Origin: Scyliorhinus canicula
Lineage: Eukaryota
DNA: 64,000 nucleotides
Assembly: GCF_902713615.1 (NCBI RefSeq)
Contig: NC_052154.1
Span: forward strand, 80,517,072-80,581,071
Reading direction: 5' to 3'
Each line of letters opens with the position of its first letter. Within the stretch, counting starts at the first letter, position 1. Made by a program: the position numbers and the translations under genes. Of the stretch, positions 23,033-36,039 are shown piece after piece. Under the pieces are notes generated by a model that made no database searches, was not told the DNA's origin, and saw only the letters and a program-made list of their open reading frames with translations.

Positions 23033-26000
23033 TTAAAAAAAATGTTTTTATTGGCATTTTTCAATTATACAGAATGATATTTTCAATGAATGGTGTATCT
23101 GGTATTTACATGTTGTAGAGTTTCTTATTTACATACATATTTCTTATTGTACATTCTTCCTGTCCCCCCTTACCCCCTCACTGCCCCCTCCCTGTCCCCT
23201 CATCGGTATCCTCCTCTTCCACCCTGGATGTCCTACTGCTGAGCTCCGCTCCTCTTTTCTGTGGCTTCTGATGTTGACCTCTTTGGTTTATGGGGGGAGG
23301 GGGGGTCTTCCTGCCCCCTCCCTCCCTCCCTCCACTTCCCCCATGTTTCTCTCTGTGGCTCCCTTGTGTTCCCTCCTCATTTTCTCCCGCCTTCCCCCTT
23401 TGTACCTCGACGTTATGCACGTTGTTATCTGTTCTCCCCGTCTCCCCCTCTTTCCCTGTTGGCCTTGAACAGGTCTTGGAACAGGCTGATGAATGGCCCC
23501 CATGCTTTGAGGAAGCCCTCATCCGACCCTCGGATGCTTTACTTGCTCTTCTCCAGAAGGAGAAATTCTGCCAGGTCTGCCAGCCAGTCTGCTGGGTAGT
23601 GCTGCTGATCGCCAGCCGAGTAGGATTCTCCAGCGTGCGATTAGGGAAGCAAAAGCAAGGGCATCGGCCCCCTTCCCCATATGTAGCTCTGGCTGCTGCG
23701 ACATCTCGAAGACTGCCACTCTCGGGCACTGCTTCACCCTCACAACCTTGGATTTCGCCTCGAAGAAGGCTGTCCAAAACCCGACAAGTCTTGGGCAGAC
23801 CCAGAACATGTGGATGTGGTTGGCCGGGGCTCCCTGGCACCGTTCACATTTATCTTCTACCTCTGGGAAGAACCTATTCATTCGGGTTCTGGTCAGGTGT
23901 GCTCTGTGCACCATTTTAAACTGCATGAAGCTAAGCCTTGCGCAAGAGGAGCTGGAGTTACCGCTACTCAGTGCTTCGCTGCAGAGTCCCCAACCCACTT
24001 CTGTCCCTAGTTCGACCCCCTCATTTTCATCTGGCTTCGTCTAGTGGTAGTCTTGCCCTATCCAATAACTATTCATAGATGTTCCTACAGTTTCGCTCCC
24101 CCCCCAGTGTTTATCAGTTCCTCTAATAGTGTGTCTCTTGGGGCCCTGGGGTATCCTGCCATCTCTTTGCAGAGAAAATATTTGATTTGGAGGTGTCTGT
24201 GTTTCTGTCCTGTTGGTAGTTACAGGTCTTCTGTCAGTTTGCCCAGAGTCACTAGTCTGTCCCCTTATGTAGAAGTCCCTGATTGTAGCATTTCCCCGCC
24301 CTGTCTCCATCTTTTAAAAATGGTATCAAGCATGGCTGGTGGGAATTTGTAGTTTCCATAGATGGGGCTAGCTTGAATGGAAGTCCTTCATCCCATTCGG
24401 GATCACTGGGAAATCCTTGTTCTTGCTGAGATAGAGTTTGTAGCCCAGGGAGTCTCTGAACTCTTCCATGAACTGCTTGATTGCTTTCAGGCCATTCTGT
24501 GGGTCCGAGATATAGAGGAGCTGGTCATCCACATGGAGCAACACTCTGTGCCCCCTGCCTCCTCTTTGGATGCCCTTCCATCGTTTTGCGTCTCGCCGAG
24601 CAATCTTCAGGTGTTCAATTGCGAACAGGAGCAGGTACAGTGGGTATCCCTGCCGTGTGCATCTGTGCAGCTGGAAGTATTCAGAGCTGGTGGTGGTGGC
24701 CATTCGAGAACCAACTCTTTTTTCCTGTCCTGTTTTCTACGTGTTCCTTTCCCCCATCCTGCCCACCTCCCTACATTGCCCCCTCTCTGTCTCCCCCTCT
24801 CTGTCTCCCCCCCCCCCCCCCCCATGCGTTCCCCTTACTGTCCCTGTGCCCACCTCCCTCTGGCTCGGTCCTCCCTACATTTGAGAGGTGTGCCATGGCC
24901 CCCCCTTACTGCCTGTCTTCCCGTGCTAGCTATCCCTGCTAATACGGTGGCTTCCTTCCCGGGGCTGGTCTAGCCCATTGCTTCTGCTTGCTGACTGTCT
25001 GCTTTCTCTGCCTGTACGCTCATCTGCAATTCCCTGTCCTTGCTCTCTCCTGTGACCCGGTCTTTTTGATCAGAACGAGGCAGTACAGTCCCCCACAAAC
25101 ATGATAGCTATTCAAGCTGTCTCTATTTCTTTAGCGATCTTCCTGCGATCCGCCTTCATTGCTGCCTCACCTGCCCCTTGTCTAGGCTGTTAGCCCGCAC
25201 AAAATTGTTTGCTCTGCTGGGGTATGAGAGTAGTGCTCTTTGTTCTGCTATGTGATCCAGAGTCTGACTGGGTATAGCATGCCAAATCGCACCCCATTTT
25301 TGCATAGCAACGACTTTGCCTGGTTAAACATGACCCTTCGTTTCGCCCCAATATCCTGGTAAATAGGGATTTTGTGTCCTTCCCACGTGCTCACTCTAGT
25401 TTGTCTTGCCCAGCGCAATATCCTTTCTTGGTCCTGATATCAGTGCAGCTTCGCAATGATCGCTCTCGGCTGCTTCCTCGCCTTGGGCTTTGGTTTCAGC
25501 GACCTGTGTGCCCCGTCAAGTTCTGGGGGTGAGGAAAGCTGTCTCTCCCGACTAAGTTGCCCAGAATGTGGGCAATGTAGCCTGTCGTCTCTCCCCTTGA
25601 TGCCTTCTGGTAGGCCCACAATCTGAACATTCTGTCATCTGGACCTGCTCTCCTGCTCCTTGACCATCTCCAGCTTCCCTGGGCTGCCACCAGCCTGTTG
25701 AATTTTGCTTTAAGAGTGACAATCCTGTCACTCTGGTCCATTGAGGCTCTGTCCTGGTCATGGATCATTTTCTCCTGCACCTCCACTTTCTTCCCCAACA
25801 TAGCGATTGTATTTTATAAGGTGACCATCGCCTCTGTCACCACCACCTTGACCGCCACTGGATTTCAATTCTGATCACCTCTTTCGTGGTGGCCAGCTCC
25901 TTCTTGTGGAATGTCTTCCATCCGTCTCCAGCTGGCGAAGGGGAGGCTGATGCTTGGGTCGATAGTCTCCCTCTCTCTTGGATGACCCTTGCCTCGTGGG

Positions 26001-26215
26001 TCCGCCGGTTCACCCGCTTGCTGTTCCTGGTCCTTTTTGCTACTTCCGCCGTCCCATTGACCCCTTGAACTCCCGTTTGCTGGCATTTCTTTTGCGGTCA
26101 TTTTCATTCCTCTGTTGACGTTATGTTCCTTTTGATTTTTCAGGCAAAATTTGCCTAAAAGTGCCTATTTGATTCTGACAATGTCTCATCAGCACATCAC
26201 CATCACCGGAAGTCG
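23033..26215 (-). mobile_element. Tx1/L1-clade LINE with both ends, internally deleted
   Basis: TSD CCT(G/A)TCTCAATTGT at 23019-23032 and 26216-26229. ORF1 remnants at about 25300-26110, an RT fragment (RQGYPL, LHVDDQLLYI) at 24370-24700, and the C-terminal CERC..HMFWVCP at about 23800-23850. Confidence 0.9.
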
Positions 26216-26501
26216 CCTATCTCAATTGTCCTCCATTATTGAATCCTAGTAATTGACTAGCTCTTTGTCCCTAAGTACAAATGTATTTTTCCCGCAGAGA
26301 TTTACAATGAATAAATCCCGAAGGGGTTCATGCGAATGATTGTCACAGCTATTTGTCATGTTTTCCTCCACTTCCACTGGAATTCTTAGGGAGCAGAACA
26401 AAGCTACACGAAAATTTCTACTGGAAACCTTCCTGTAGGTTTCTAAGCAGTTAAAGGCACAATAATACACCAGAGTTCAATATTATCCCATGCAATAGTA
26501 T

Positions 26502-26545
26502 ATTTGGGCTGATATTTGGGCTGATATTTGGGCTGATATTTGGGC
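26502..26545. repeat. 12-bp tandem repeat (GATATTTGGGCT)x3-4 abutting a SINE head
   Basis: Directly visible: tatttgggct gatatttgggct gatatttgggct gatatttgggc. Confidence 0.85.
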
Positions 26546-26845
26546 GGCAGCGTGGCACAATGCTTAGCACTGGTGCTTCACAGCGTCGATGACCCAGGTT
26601 CAATTCCATCCTTTGGTGACTGTGTGGAGTTTGTACATTCGCCCCTTGTCTGCTTGGGTTTCCTCTGGGCGCTCCGGTTTCCTCCCACAGTCTGAAGTTG
26701 TGCAGGTTAGGTGGATTGGCCATGCTAAATTGTCCCTTAGTGTTCAAAGGTTAGGTGGGGTTACAAGGATACGGTGGGGATTGGACGTGGTTAGGGTGCT
26801 CTTTCAGAGGGTCGGTGAAGACTCGATTGGCTGAATGGCATTCTT
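26543..26845 (+). mobile_element. HE1-type V-SINE, near full length
   Basis: GGGCGGCAGCGTGGCACAATGCTTAGC head, V core and tail. Confidence 0.85.
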
Positions 26846-27089
26846 CTCCAAATTGGCCTTGTGATACTTAATCATGTGGGAACAAAAGGCGACATTTAGC
26901 TCTTTCAGCATGTTTTGTCAATCAATGAGATCCTAATTGATCTGAAACCTAACATCTCATACCTGACCGTTGCCTACTGCTTGCAAATGTGACAAGAACA
27001 ATATACTGCAGGTGCTGAAAATCTGAAAAAAGACTGAAAATGGTGGAATACTCAACAGGTCAGGCAGCATCTCTGGAGGGAGAATCAGA

Positions 27090-30000
27090 GTACCAGGTTG
27101 CACCTCAAAGATGTCAGGAACCATCGAGCGTGCCAGGATGAAGGCATCATGCACACTGCCCAGGTATCAGGTGCAGACGTGCATGATGTGCTGTTCATGG
27201 TCATACACGAGCTGTCCATTCATGGAGTGGAAACCCTATCGGTATGTGAACACTAGCCTGTCATGGGAAGATGCTCTAGGGCGACATGCATCCCATTGAT
27301 CAGCTCCTGGAGCTGGGGCACCTCGGCAATGACAGCAAACCCTGCTGCCTGGGCCCTGGTGGGCTCGGTCCACATTGAATTTGATGTACTGTGTCGAGTG
27401 GGCATATAGGGCCTCAGTCATGTGCAGCTGCCCTTTTTAATTGAGTTCTGTGACATTCTGGATGGGCCCCAATTTGGCGCCTGGAACGACCCTATGGCAT
27501 AAAACATCAGGACAATCATCACCTTGATGGCCATCAGGGATGTCCTCCCCCAAATCCCCATGGTGCCATGTTTGCCATGATCCGGCAGATATGTCACACT
27601 GCCCCCCTGCTCAGCCGGAGTCTTAGACGGCATGCCCAGTCCGGCAGGTCCTCGAATGACAGTTGCTGCCAATACACACGAGGCATGATGCAGTGTCTCC
27701 TTCTCACCTGCTCCTCAGCTTGTTGAGCAGCTGGCTCTCCTTCCCACTGGCTGCCTCCTGTTCCTCTGGGGCAGGCTCTGCCACTGCAGGGCCCTCCTCG
27801 AGCAGCTCCAGCTTGTCCCGGTCTGCACTGCAGACCTTGCCCCTGCATGTTCCCCTTCCCATTCTCCTCTCCCAGACCCACGCTCACACCCGGCCATTAC
27901 ACCTGGCACTCTGGCCTCCGCACCAATGGCCCGGTCAGCGACCGGCACCATGGGGGCATCTGGCCCTGGCGTATGTCCTTGCTGCCAGTGGTACAATTGG
28001 CTGGCGCTACTCATGTCAGCAGATCATTTTACGGCCATCGTATCATGCCCTACTGTAGGTGCTACGGTGGGTGTTACTCTTGGGTGGGCCCCATGATGGC
28101 CCACCGGTAGGTGGTGGCTGGTTGGGGGGTAGAGCTGGTGGTGTGCAGGGGGATGTGTGGGATTGCTGGGGTAGAGGGTGAGGGCTGGGGTGAAGGGGGT
28201 GGTGGCAAGGGGGTACACATACGGTCGGCGTCACACTGTGCAACCACGGGCCACAGAGGGGTGCGCAGCAAGTTGTCTGCCTTGCAGGCCGTGGCAATGG
28301 TGTGTCTGTGCTTGGATGCCACAGTCCATGGGGAGGTCACCCCGACCTCACGACCCATCCTCTGGTCTCCCCCCATCACTCCCCACTGGCTGACAGATGT
28401 ACCCCACCCCCAGTCAGCGACAGGACTGGCAGCCCACAGTCACGCCTCTACATGTCTCTCCCTCCGCCCTCTCCCTCATCAGCCATGGCACTTGATCCTC
28501 GATTTTTAAAACTATAAGTAAAACTCACCATCTGTAATTCCTCTCAGCATAAGTAGAGCATCATGAAGGCCCTGGGAGCACTGGGTCAGGCCTGCTAATG
28601 ATATGTCAATGGTGTTTATTGTATGGGAGGAGTAGAATGCATTGATGCTGCTGTCGAGGTACCAGAGCATGGCATTCCGTCAGGTGCCTGGTGCCGGCCA
28701 CAATTTCACCTCACATGTGATTCTCCACCCAATCGCATTTTCTGATTCTGGCATCGGCCAATGATAATCCCGCCCAAGAAGTTTAACATGACCCCACAAA
28801 ATGGGCAGGGTTCTCCGTTAGCTGACGCTGAAAGAGGGAAGGGTGATTGGGCGGAGAATAGGTTCCAACACCAAAATCGCAGAAACCGCGATTTGAATCC
28901 AAATTGCAATTCTCCATCACCTCGACGGCAGCATCAATGCGGTCCAGAATGTACGTACAGTTCGCATATAATCCAACCCAGTGTTCTCCGGTGCCTCCGC
29001 CATTTTCTGCCTCCGATGGGCCAAGTTCCCGACTACACGGTTCACTTCTGCTTTTAAAAATCATGAAAACGGCATCATGGCTGTTGAGGAAGAGAGAGGG
29101 AGTACGAAAAGTGGCCAGCATTGCCATAGTTTTCCGACAGCTATGCCGCTGGCTGGGGTTGGGGGGGGGGGGGGGGGGGGGGGGTAGGTGGTGGTCTGCT
29201 GCCGGGGCCGGCGGAAGTAGCGGGGGGTGGCCAGGAAGTGGGTTGTGGAAGCATGGTGGACAAACACGGGGCACCATTGCTGCACCTGGAAAGGCTGCCA
29301 TCCAGCTGTGCATGCCACTGACAACCCACTGTGAACTAAGGGCCACTGATCATGAAGGTCCCCCCTCCCCAGGGCACTCCCCCAGGGTGCCCTCTGGCCC
29401 CAGCCAACCCATCATTGGGATGGGCACCCTCATGCTCAACTAGTGTCATCTTGTTGGCTGGGTTGAGAGTGTGTGGGGAGTGTAATGTATATGTGCAGCT
29501 GCAGCTTGTCAGCCTTTCGAGTGTCTACCACAGACCAAGTGAATCCCACACCATTTTTCATTGGAATCGATTGTGTTCCACGTGGCTCCACGGTTGTTGA
29601 ATCGGTCCAGCTTCGGCACCAGTTTTGCAGTCCTGGAACTCCACTAATCCTTCACCGGCATCAACGCTCACTTAATGTGGGGTTCTCTGATAAGCAATGC
29701 CGAAATCACCTTCGTCGATTGGCTGGAGAAACCCTTTTTAACACTGGAATCGGGGGCGGCGCTGTTTTTACGATGCTCCGCCTTTCAAAAATGGCGCACT
29801 CGAAGAGTACGCTGCACGCCGTCGTCACGGCCTCAGGAAGTCGCCTGAGGCCCTCCCCCAATGCTCTGCCCGATGGGCCGAGTCCCCGACGGAGTCGGTC
29901 GCGTGTCCTTGCACTTTTCGGGGACCTTGCGTGGCGGCTGCAGACTGTGTCCAGCACCGCCACAGTCTGGGGGGGGGTGCTGTTCTGCCGGCAAGGAGGG

Positions 30001-30300
30001 CTTTGGTGGGAGCTGAGGGGGACTGGTGGGGGAGTGGTCCGGGGGTGGCAAGAGGGGTTACAGGAGGCCAGTTTTTAGCAGGCTGGGTCTGCACGCGGCC
30101 GGCACCATGTTGTACGGTGCGGCCGCCGCAGGCCGCCGTTATGCACGTGAACAGCCACGGACCCGGCCATTCTGCATCCTTATCCACAGGTAAAGCCAGG
30201 GGCGGAGCATAGGTGTGGGGGCGCCGCGGACCTTTTGATCATAAGACCAGACGGATCCTGCAGACATAGCCTCAAAATCGGAGAATCCAGCCCTTAGTGT
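27090..30300 (-). mobile_element. PIF/Harbinger transposon relic(s), including HARBI1-like transposase fragments and non-autonomous terminal segments
   Basis: Minus-strand fragments PRVYWQQLSFEDLPDWACRLRLRLSR, AIKVMIVLMFYAIGSFQ and HDAFILARS. The terminal segment at 28850-29090 is homologous to 47640-47890. Confidence 0.75.
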
Positions 30301-31297
30301 CAGAAACGGAGAATCCTGTCCAATGTTTCTTGGCTCCTGACGAATATTCACCCTTCAACCAGCATAACTATCGGAGATGATCCGCTTTTCTTTTTTTTAA
30401 TTTAGAGTAACCAATTATTTTTTTGCAATTAAGGAGCAATTTAGCACGGCCAATCCACCTACCCTGCCCATCTTTGGGTTTTGGGGGTGAGACCCACGCA
30501 GACACGGAGGGAATGTGTAAGATCCACTTTTCAAAATGTTTTTGTTTGTGGGTCTTTGTTGTGTGCAGCACGGTTGGTCTATTTTCTACATTACAACAAT
30601 GACAACATGACAATAAGTACTTAATTGGCTGCACAGCGCTTTGCGACTTCAAGTGTGGTGAAATACGCTATGTAAACAGCAGCTTTTATACTTTATTTAT
30701 TCACTGTACTATTTTCTCCCACAACAAGGCCATCTTTCTTTTTCGGAGAACATTTGACCACAGCAGGAGAGCTTTCTCAATGATAACTTTTAATAGCTGC
30801 ATATATCCGGCCATTTTCCCAAACAAACCCTCACTGGATTTAACCTATTTCAAATTGAGAGGACTGCACAGAACCAGCTGATCCTCCTGACCCTGTCAGT
30901 TTAGAGTGAGTGCTGCGAAAATAAGTCAAATGATTGATTATTCAGCGTGCTCATAAAAAGCTGCACCTCTCTAAAGTTAATTATATTTCACATTGACTTG
31001 ATGGCGCCGGTGAGTGCAGTCGTCTAACGAGCTAATTGTGTCGTTCAAAACAACGGCAGCAGCATGAGCTCGATTCGGGTTCTGGGTGAAGTAAACTTCA
31101 GAGGTTAAAAATAAGAACTTAAAAATAATTGTGTTGTTCAAAACAATTCCAGCAGCATCAGCTCGATTCGGGTTCTGACTGAAATAAACTTCAGAACTTA
31201 AATCAAATAAAAACAGAAGTGCTGGAAAAAGAACGTCAGCAGGCCTGGGAGCATCTGTGCAGCGAACAATGAGAGTGACCTTTTCGAGTCCAATAAT

Positions 31298-31412
31298 GAA
31301 ATGAAAATCGCTTATTGTCACGAGTAGGCTTCAATGAAGTACTGTGAAAAGCCCCTAGTCGCCACATTCCGGCGCCTGTCCGGGGAGGCTGGTACGGGAA
31401 TATACGGCAATA
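31298..31412 (-). mobile_element. tRNA-SINE (second family), 3' fragment
   Basis: AATGAAATGAAAATCGCTTATTGTCAC.AGTAGGCTTCAATGAAGT.ACTGTGAAAAGCCCCTAGTCGCCACATTCC recurs at 45376-45553 and 57590-57775. Confidence 0.8.
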
Positions 31413-32129
31413 TATAACTTGCTCGGAACTGTTGAATCCTCGCCCCACCACACTGAAATGAAAGGACAAAGCTCCAGCTTTCAATGAGTCAAGGATCTGC
31501 CCTCGGACTGAACACCATTATTAATGATCATTTGGCTGAGATCGGGGTGATTGCTTCACATTTCATTTTTCAGAATCAGCACGCGGGGAATCGCTAAACA
31601 TAGATTTCGCAGAACATCTCTGGAAATGTTTGGTTGAGAGAAATTACACAATTAAATTTCTCAAATTCAAACGAAATACCACAGGTACTGTGAAACTTGA
31701 ACGGCCCGAGATGGGCACAACCTCTAACCACAAATGTTTCCATTATGCCGCGAGCAGTATCGCCGTGCAGTTCTATTCTCTTAGTGATGAAATGCTTCGC
31801 TAAATGAAAAAAATAGCTACAAGATTAAATGTATTTTTATAGCTAAGTTGCAAAAGTTAGCGCCCTTGAACAACAGCAATCGCATATTAGAAACAACATT
31901 TAAAATAGATGCCTCTGTGGCGAGGGGTTTTCATCAGAATGGAACAAATTATAGTTAGGAAGTATTTAAAAAGGAACAGAATAATGGAAGGGGTTTCAAA
32001 CACACACATAAAGACAGCCACACAAGCAACCACAACAACAACCCGCCAGTAAACAGCATCTTCAAATGGTAAAGTATCTGTCGTCGCTTCATAGGGAACA
32101 TTATTGAATACATTTCAATTCTAGGCAAT

Positions 32130-32710
32130 GTGAGATCCTGGTAACCAACACCTTGGTCAAAGAGGTCGGCTTTGAAAGAGGTGATGTATTTTGGTTGAAA
32201 ATATTGGGAGAGTCAATGTCGATTTCATAGCTAAGTTCTTAAGATTAAATAGGTATTGAGTACAAAAAGAAGGAAGCTATGCTGAAGCATTTAAGCTCTC
32301 TGGTTAGGCTACAACTGTATTGCATCCAGTTCTAGTCACCATATCTTCAGAAAGATCTCTGATCCTTGTGAGGATGCAGAGGAGATTTATCAGAATGATT
32401 ACAAGGATGCGGGATTTGAGCTACAATTTTAGATTGGAGAAGCTGGAATTTTTCTCCTTGGAGCAATAGAGATGGAAGGGCAATTTGATAGGAGTGTACA
32501 AGGTTATGGTAGGTTTAGATCAAATAGATAAAGGAAAGCTGTATCAATTTGTTGGCAGAACAAAGACTGGGGGCACAGATTGAAGCTTTTAGGCAAGAAA
32601 TGCTGGGGTATGTGAAGGAAGAGCTTTATATTACAGTAAATGGCAATTGTCTGCAACTTGCTCAGAAGAGGGTGGCTGAAGTGGGAAAGATCAATGATTT
32701 CAAAAGGAGA
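32130..32710 (+). mobile_element. Old CR1 3' fragment
   Basis: Decayed homolog of the CR1 C-terminus (AGAGGAGATTTATCAGAATG...GGAGAAGCTGGAATTTTTCTCCTTGGAG). Confidence 0.7.
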
Positions 32711-32719
32711 TCAGAGAAT

Positions 32720-33030
32720 CCCTACAGTGCAGAATGAGGCCATTCGGCCCATAGAGTCTGCACTGATCCTCTGAATGAGCACCTTACCTAGGCCCAGTCC
32801 CCCACCCTACTCCCGTGATCCTATCTAGGGGCAATTTAGCATGGCCAATCAACCTAATCTGCTTATCTTTGGACTCTGGGAGGAAATTGGAGAGCCTGGA
32901 GGAAGCCCACGCAGACATGGGAAGAATGTGCAAACTCCACACAGGCAGTCATCCGAGATCGGATTCGAACCTGGGTCCCTGGCGTTGTGAGGCAGTAATG
33001 CTAACCACTGTGCCACCGTGCCGCCCCTTG
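32720..33030 (-). mobile_element. HE1-type V-SINE
   Basis: Ends GCTAACCACTGTGCCACCGTGCCGCCC (reverse complement of the head). Confidence 0.85.
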
Positions 33031-33244
33031 GGATGGATTCATGGGGGAAATATATTTGTAGGGCTACAGGAATAAAGTAAGGAGATATGCCTGCTTTGGT
33101 TGTTGTAAGGACTCTGACATTCACACACACATCCACAAATAAGGAAAGGCTTCCCTGTATGTAATACCTTTCACAATCTCTAACACGCCAATGCTTTTTA
33201 CAGCTAATAAAGTTAGTCACTGGTGGAATGCAATAAAGTACAAA

Positions 33245-33495
33245 TAAGGGCACAAAGACACACAAGAATGCACACACCTTCCCCAATACATACAGAGACA
33301 CGCAGACATATATCTCCCCTAAATACACACACAAGCACGCACACACACACACTTTCCCCAACACACACAGAGACACACAGACTTACACCTCCCTTAAATA
33401 CATACTCAGGCACACACACTCACCTTCCCCAATACACACACATACATCTTCCTGAAATACACACACACGCACATGCACACACACACACATATATA
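33245..33495. repeat. Degenerate (CA)n-rich simple repeat
   Basis: Interrupted CA/ACAC runs. Confidence 0.85.
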
Positions 33496-35119
33496 TAATT
33501 CCCTTTGATCTATCCCTACCATATCTACAATACTGTTTCACAAATGCCATTCCGTGGGAGGATCACCCTCGACCGTCTTCAGTGCACAGACTGCCTACCT
33601 TCACATTGTAACATCACCCGTCTCCACCCCATCCAAACTCCTTGCAGCTCAAACAGTTATCATATCTTTTTTTAATTTGCATCATTGATCAATGGAAGTT
33701 AACACATATGAAAATACAGAGAAATGTAAATGAGATTGCCAACCAAAATGAGATTGCCACCCCACTGCATCTGGTAAAGACTTATCTAATGATACCAAGG
33801 TGCTCTTTGCTACCTCCCCCACTCCCCACCCCGCCCCACCAATCTTGAACTTGAAACTATTTAGGCTCATTCAAAACTCTGCTGTCCATCGCTTATCCCA
33901 CACCAAACACTCATCTCCCTTCATTCCTAACCTGAATGACCTACATTAAATCTCATCTCCCCAGTGCCTGGAATTTAAATTTGTGCAGTACCTTGTCCTT
34001 CCCTCTCCATCTAACCTGCCCAGCTAACAACGCTGGAATGTAATACATTATGCATCCCTTAGTGCACTGTTGCCTAGCTACCATGCTCAAAATTTCTCTC
34101 TCCAAACTTCTCTGCTTCCGCATCCCTTCTCCTCAATTAGGATTGTCCTTGACAGCCACCTTTGTAATCAAACATTTAGATCATCGTGCCTAACAGCATT
34201 CTGGGTGTACCTACATCACTTTGCTGCAGAGGTTCAAAAATGCGGCCCACCACCACTTTCTCAAGGGCAACTGTCGATGGGTAATAAATACTGCCCTAGC
34301 CAGCGATCCCCACATCCTCTGAAAGAGTAAAAGAAAATACATATTTTTTTGATTGGGTGCGTTTTTCATTTTGGTTAGATCTTTAGGAAATACGTTTCTC
34401 TGCTTTTAAAGAGTTATGTAAATGAAAGTTATCATTTACAACTTTGACTTTATGTTTCCAGTTCGCATGAAGGATTATGACTGAACAGTTAACCTATATT
34501 TTCACTTGGCTGATGTTGATGGAGACACAGTATGTTTCCTGCATGTTTTGTTTCACATTACATAGAATTACATACAGCGCAAGAATAGACCATTCGGCCC
34601 AACTTGTCTGTAATGACATTTTAACTGCACTGAGCCCCATCCTACCACTTTTCATCAGTCATATCAGCAGTTAAAAAAATATTTCCCTCTCACATGCTGA
34701 CCAACCGGTCCCTTTCAAAGCCCCCCCCCCCTGAACTCGCCACAACCACTCCTTTTTCTAGTGCCCACCACATTCCTGCAATTCATTGGTTTAAATTCTT
34801 GAATTTGTTTTTGAATTTATTTTCAGGGCTTTTTTATGTTCTCCCCTTTAATTTGGCACTCCCACACAATTTGAAACATTTTCTCCAGCTCTACCCTGTG
34901 AAACCCTTTCATAATTTCAAAAATATCTATCAGGTCTCCTTGAGTCTCCGAGCGTTCAACCTTTCCTGATAGGTTCACCCTTTCGCTTCTGGTATTCTCC
35001 TTTTGGACATCTTTGTACCATTTTCAATGCTTCTGTGTGCCGTTTGTAACACGGAGAGTTGAATTCCCACACATAACACCAAGTGTGATCTAAGCAAGGT
35101 TTCATTAATTTTTTTCACG

Positions 35120-35540
35120 GAATGTGAGAGGTTGAATAAACTTGGTTTGTTCTCACTGGAACGAAGGAGGTTGAGGGGCGACCTGATAGAGGTCTACAAA
35201 ATTATGAGGGGCATAGACAGAGTCTTTTTCCCAGGGTAGAGGGGTCAATTACTAGGGGCATATGTTTAAGGTGTGAGGGGCAAGGTTTAAAGGAGATGTA
35301 AGAGGCAAGTTTTTTACACAGAGGTAGTGGGTGCCTGGAACTCGATGCCAGAGGAGGTGGTGGAAGCAGGGTTGATAGTGATGTTTAAGGGGCATCTTAA
35401 CAAATACATGAATAGGGTGGGAATAGAGGGATACGGGCCTCGGAAGTGTAGAAGATGTTAGTTTAGATGGGCAGCATGGTCGGTGCAGGCTTGGAGGGCC
35501 GAAGGGCCTGTTCCTGTGCTGTACTTTTCTTTGTTCTTTG
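35120..35540 (+). mobile_element. CR1 LINE 3' end
   Basis: [19 protein letters not shown]-type coding remnant plus 3' UTR ending CTGTACTTTTCTTTGTTCTTTG. Confidence 0.8.
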
Positions 35541-36039
35541 TGTCCCCCCCATTTTTATTGCCCATCTCCAGTTTGCCTTGAGAAGCTGGTGGTGAACCTC
35601 TTCTTGAACCACTCACAGATAGTGCTGAGCCTCTGATTCAATGACAGTGAAGGAACATAATTATACTTCCAGTCAGGATGCTGTATGATTTGAAGGAGAA
35701 CTTGCAGGTCATGATCTTCCCATACATCTCCTGCCCTTGTCCTTCTAGATAATGGAGATACTTCTCTGGAAGATACCGACTAAGGCGCTGCTGCAGTCCA
35801 TCTTGTGGATGGTGCACACTTCTGCCACTATCGATGGGGGAGCAAATATGGTGCATGGAGTGCAAATCAAGTGGGCTGTTTAAAACAATAATTTGGGGAT
35901 GTGAACCTGGCTGGCTAATTTATTGCCCATACCTAATTGCCCTTGAACTGAGAGGTTTGCTGAACCATTTCAGAGATTCTGTGGTCTGGAGTCACATGTA
36001 GGTCAGACCAGGCAGTAGGCCAATATCAGAAGGCTATTA

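Noticed and set aside
23178-30212. Many 60-220-aa ORFs in GC-rich regions
   Set aside because: They are antisense or alternative-frame readings of L1 and Harbinger relics. The same applies at 47700-48900 and 59300-63900.
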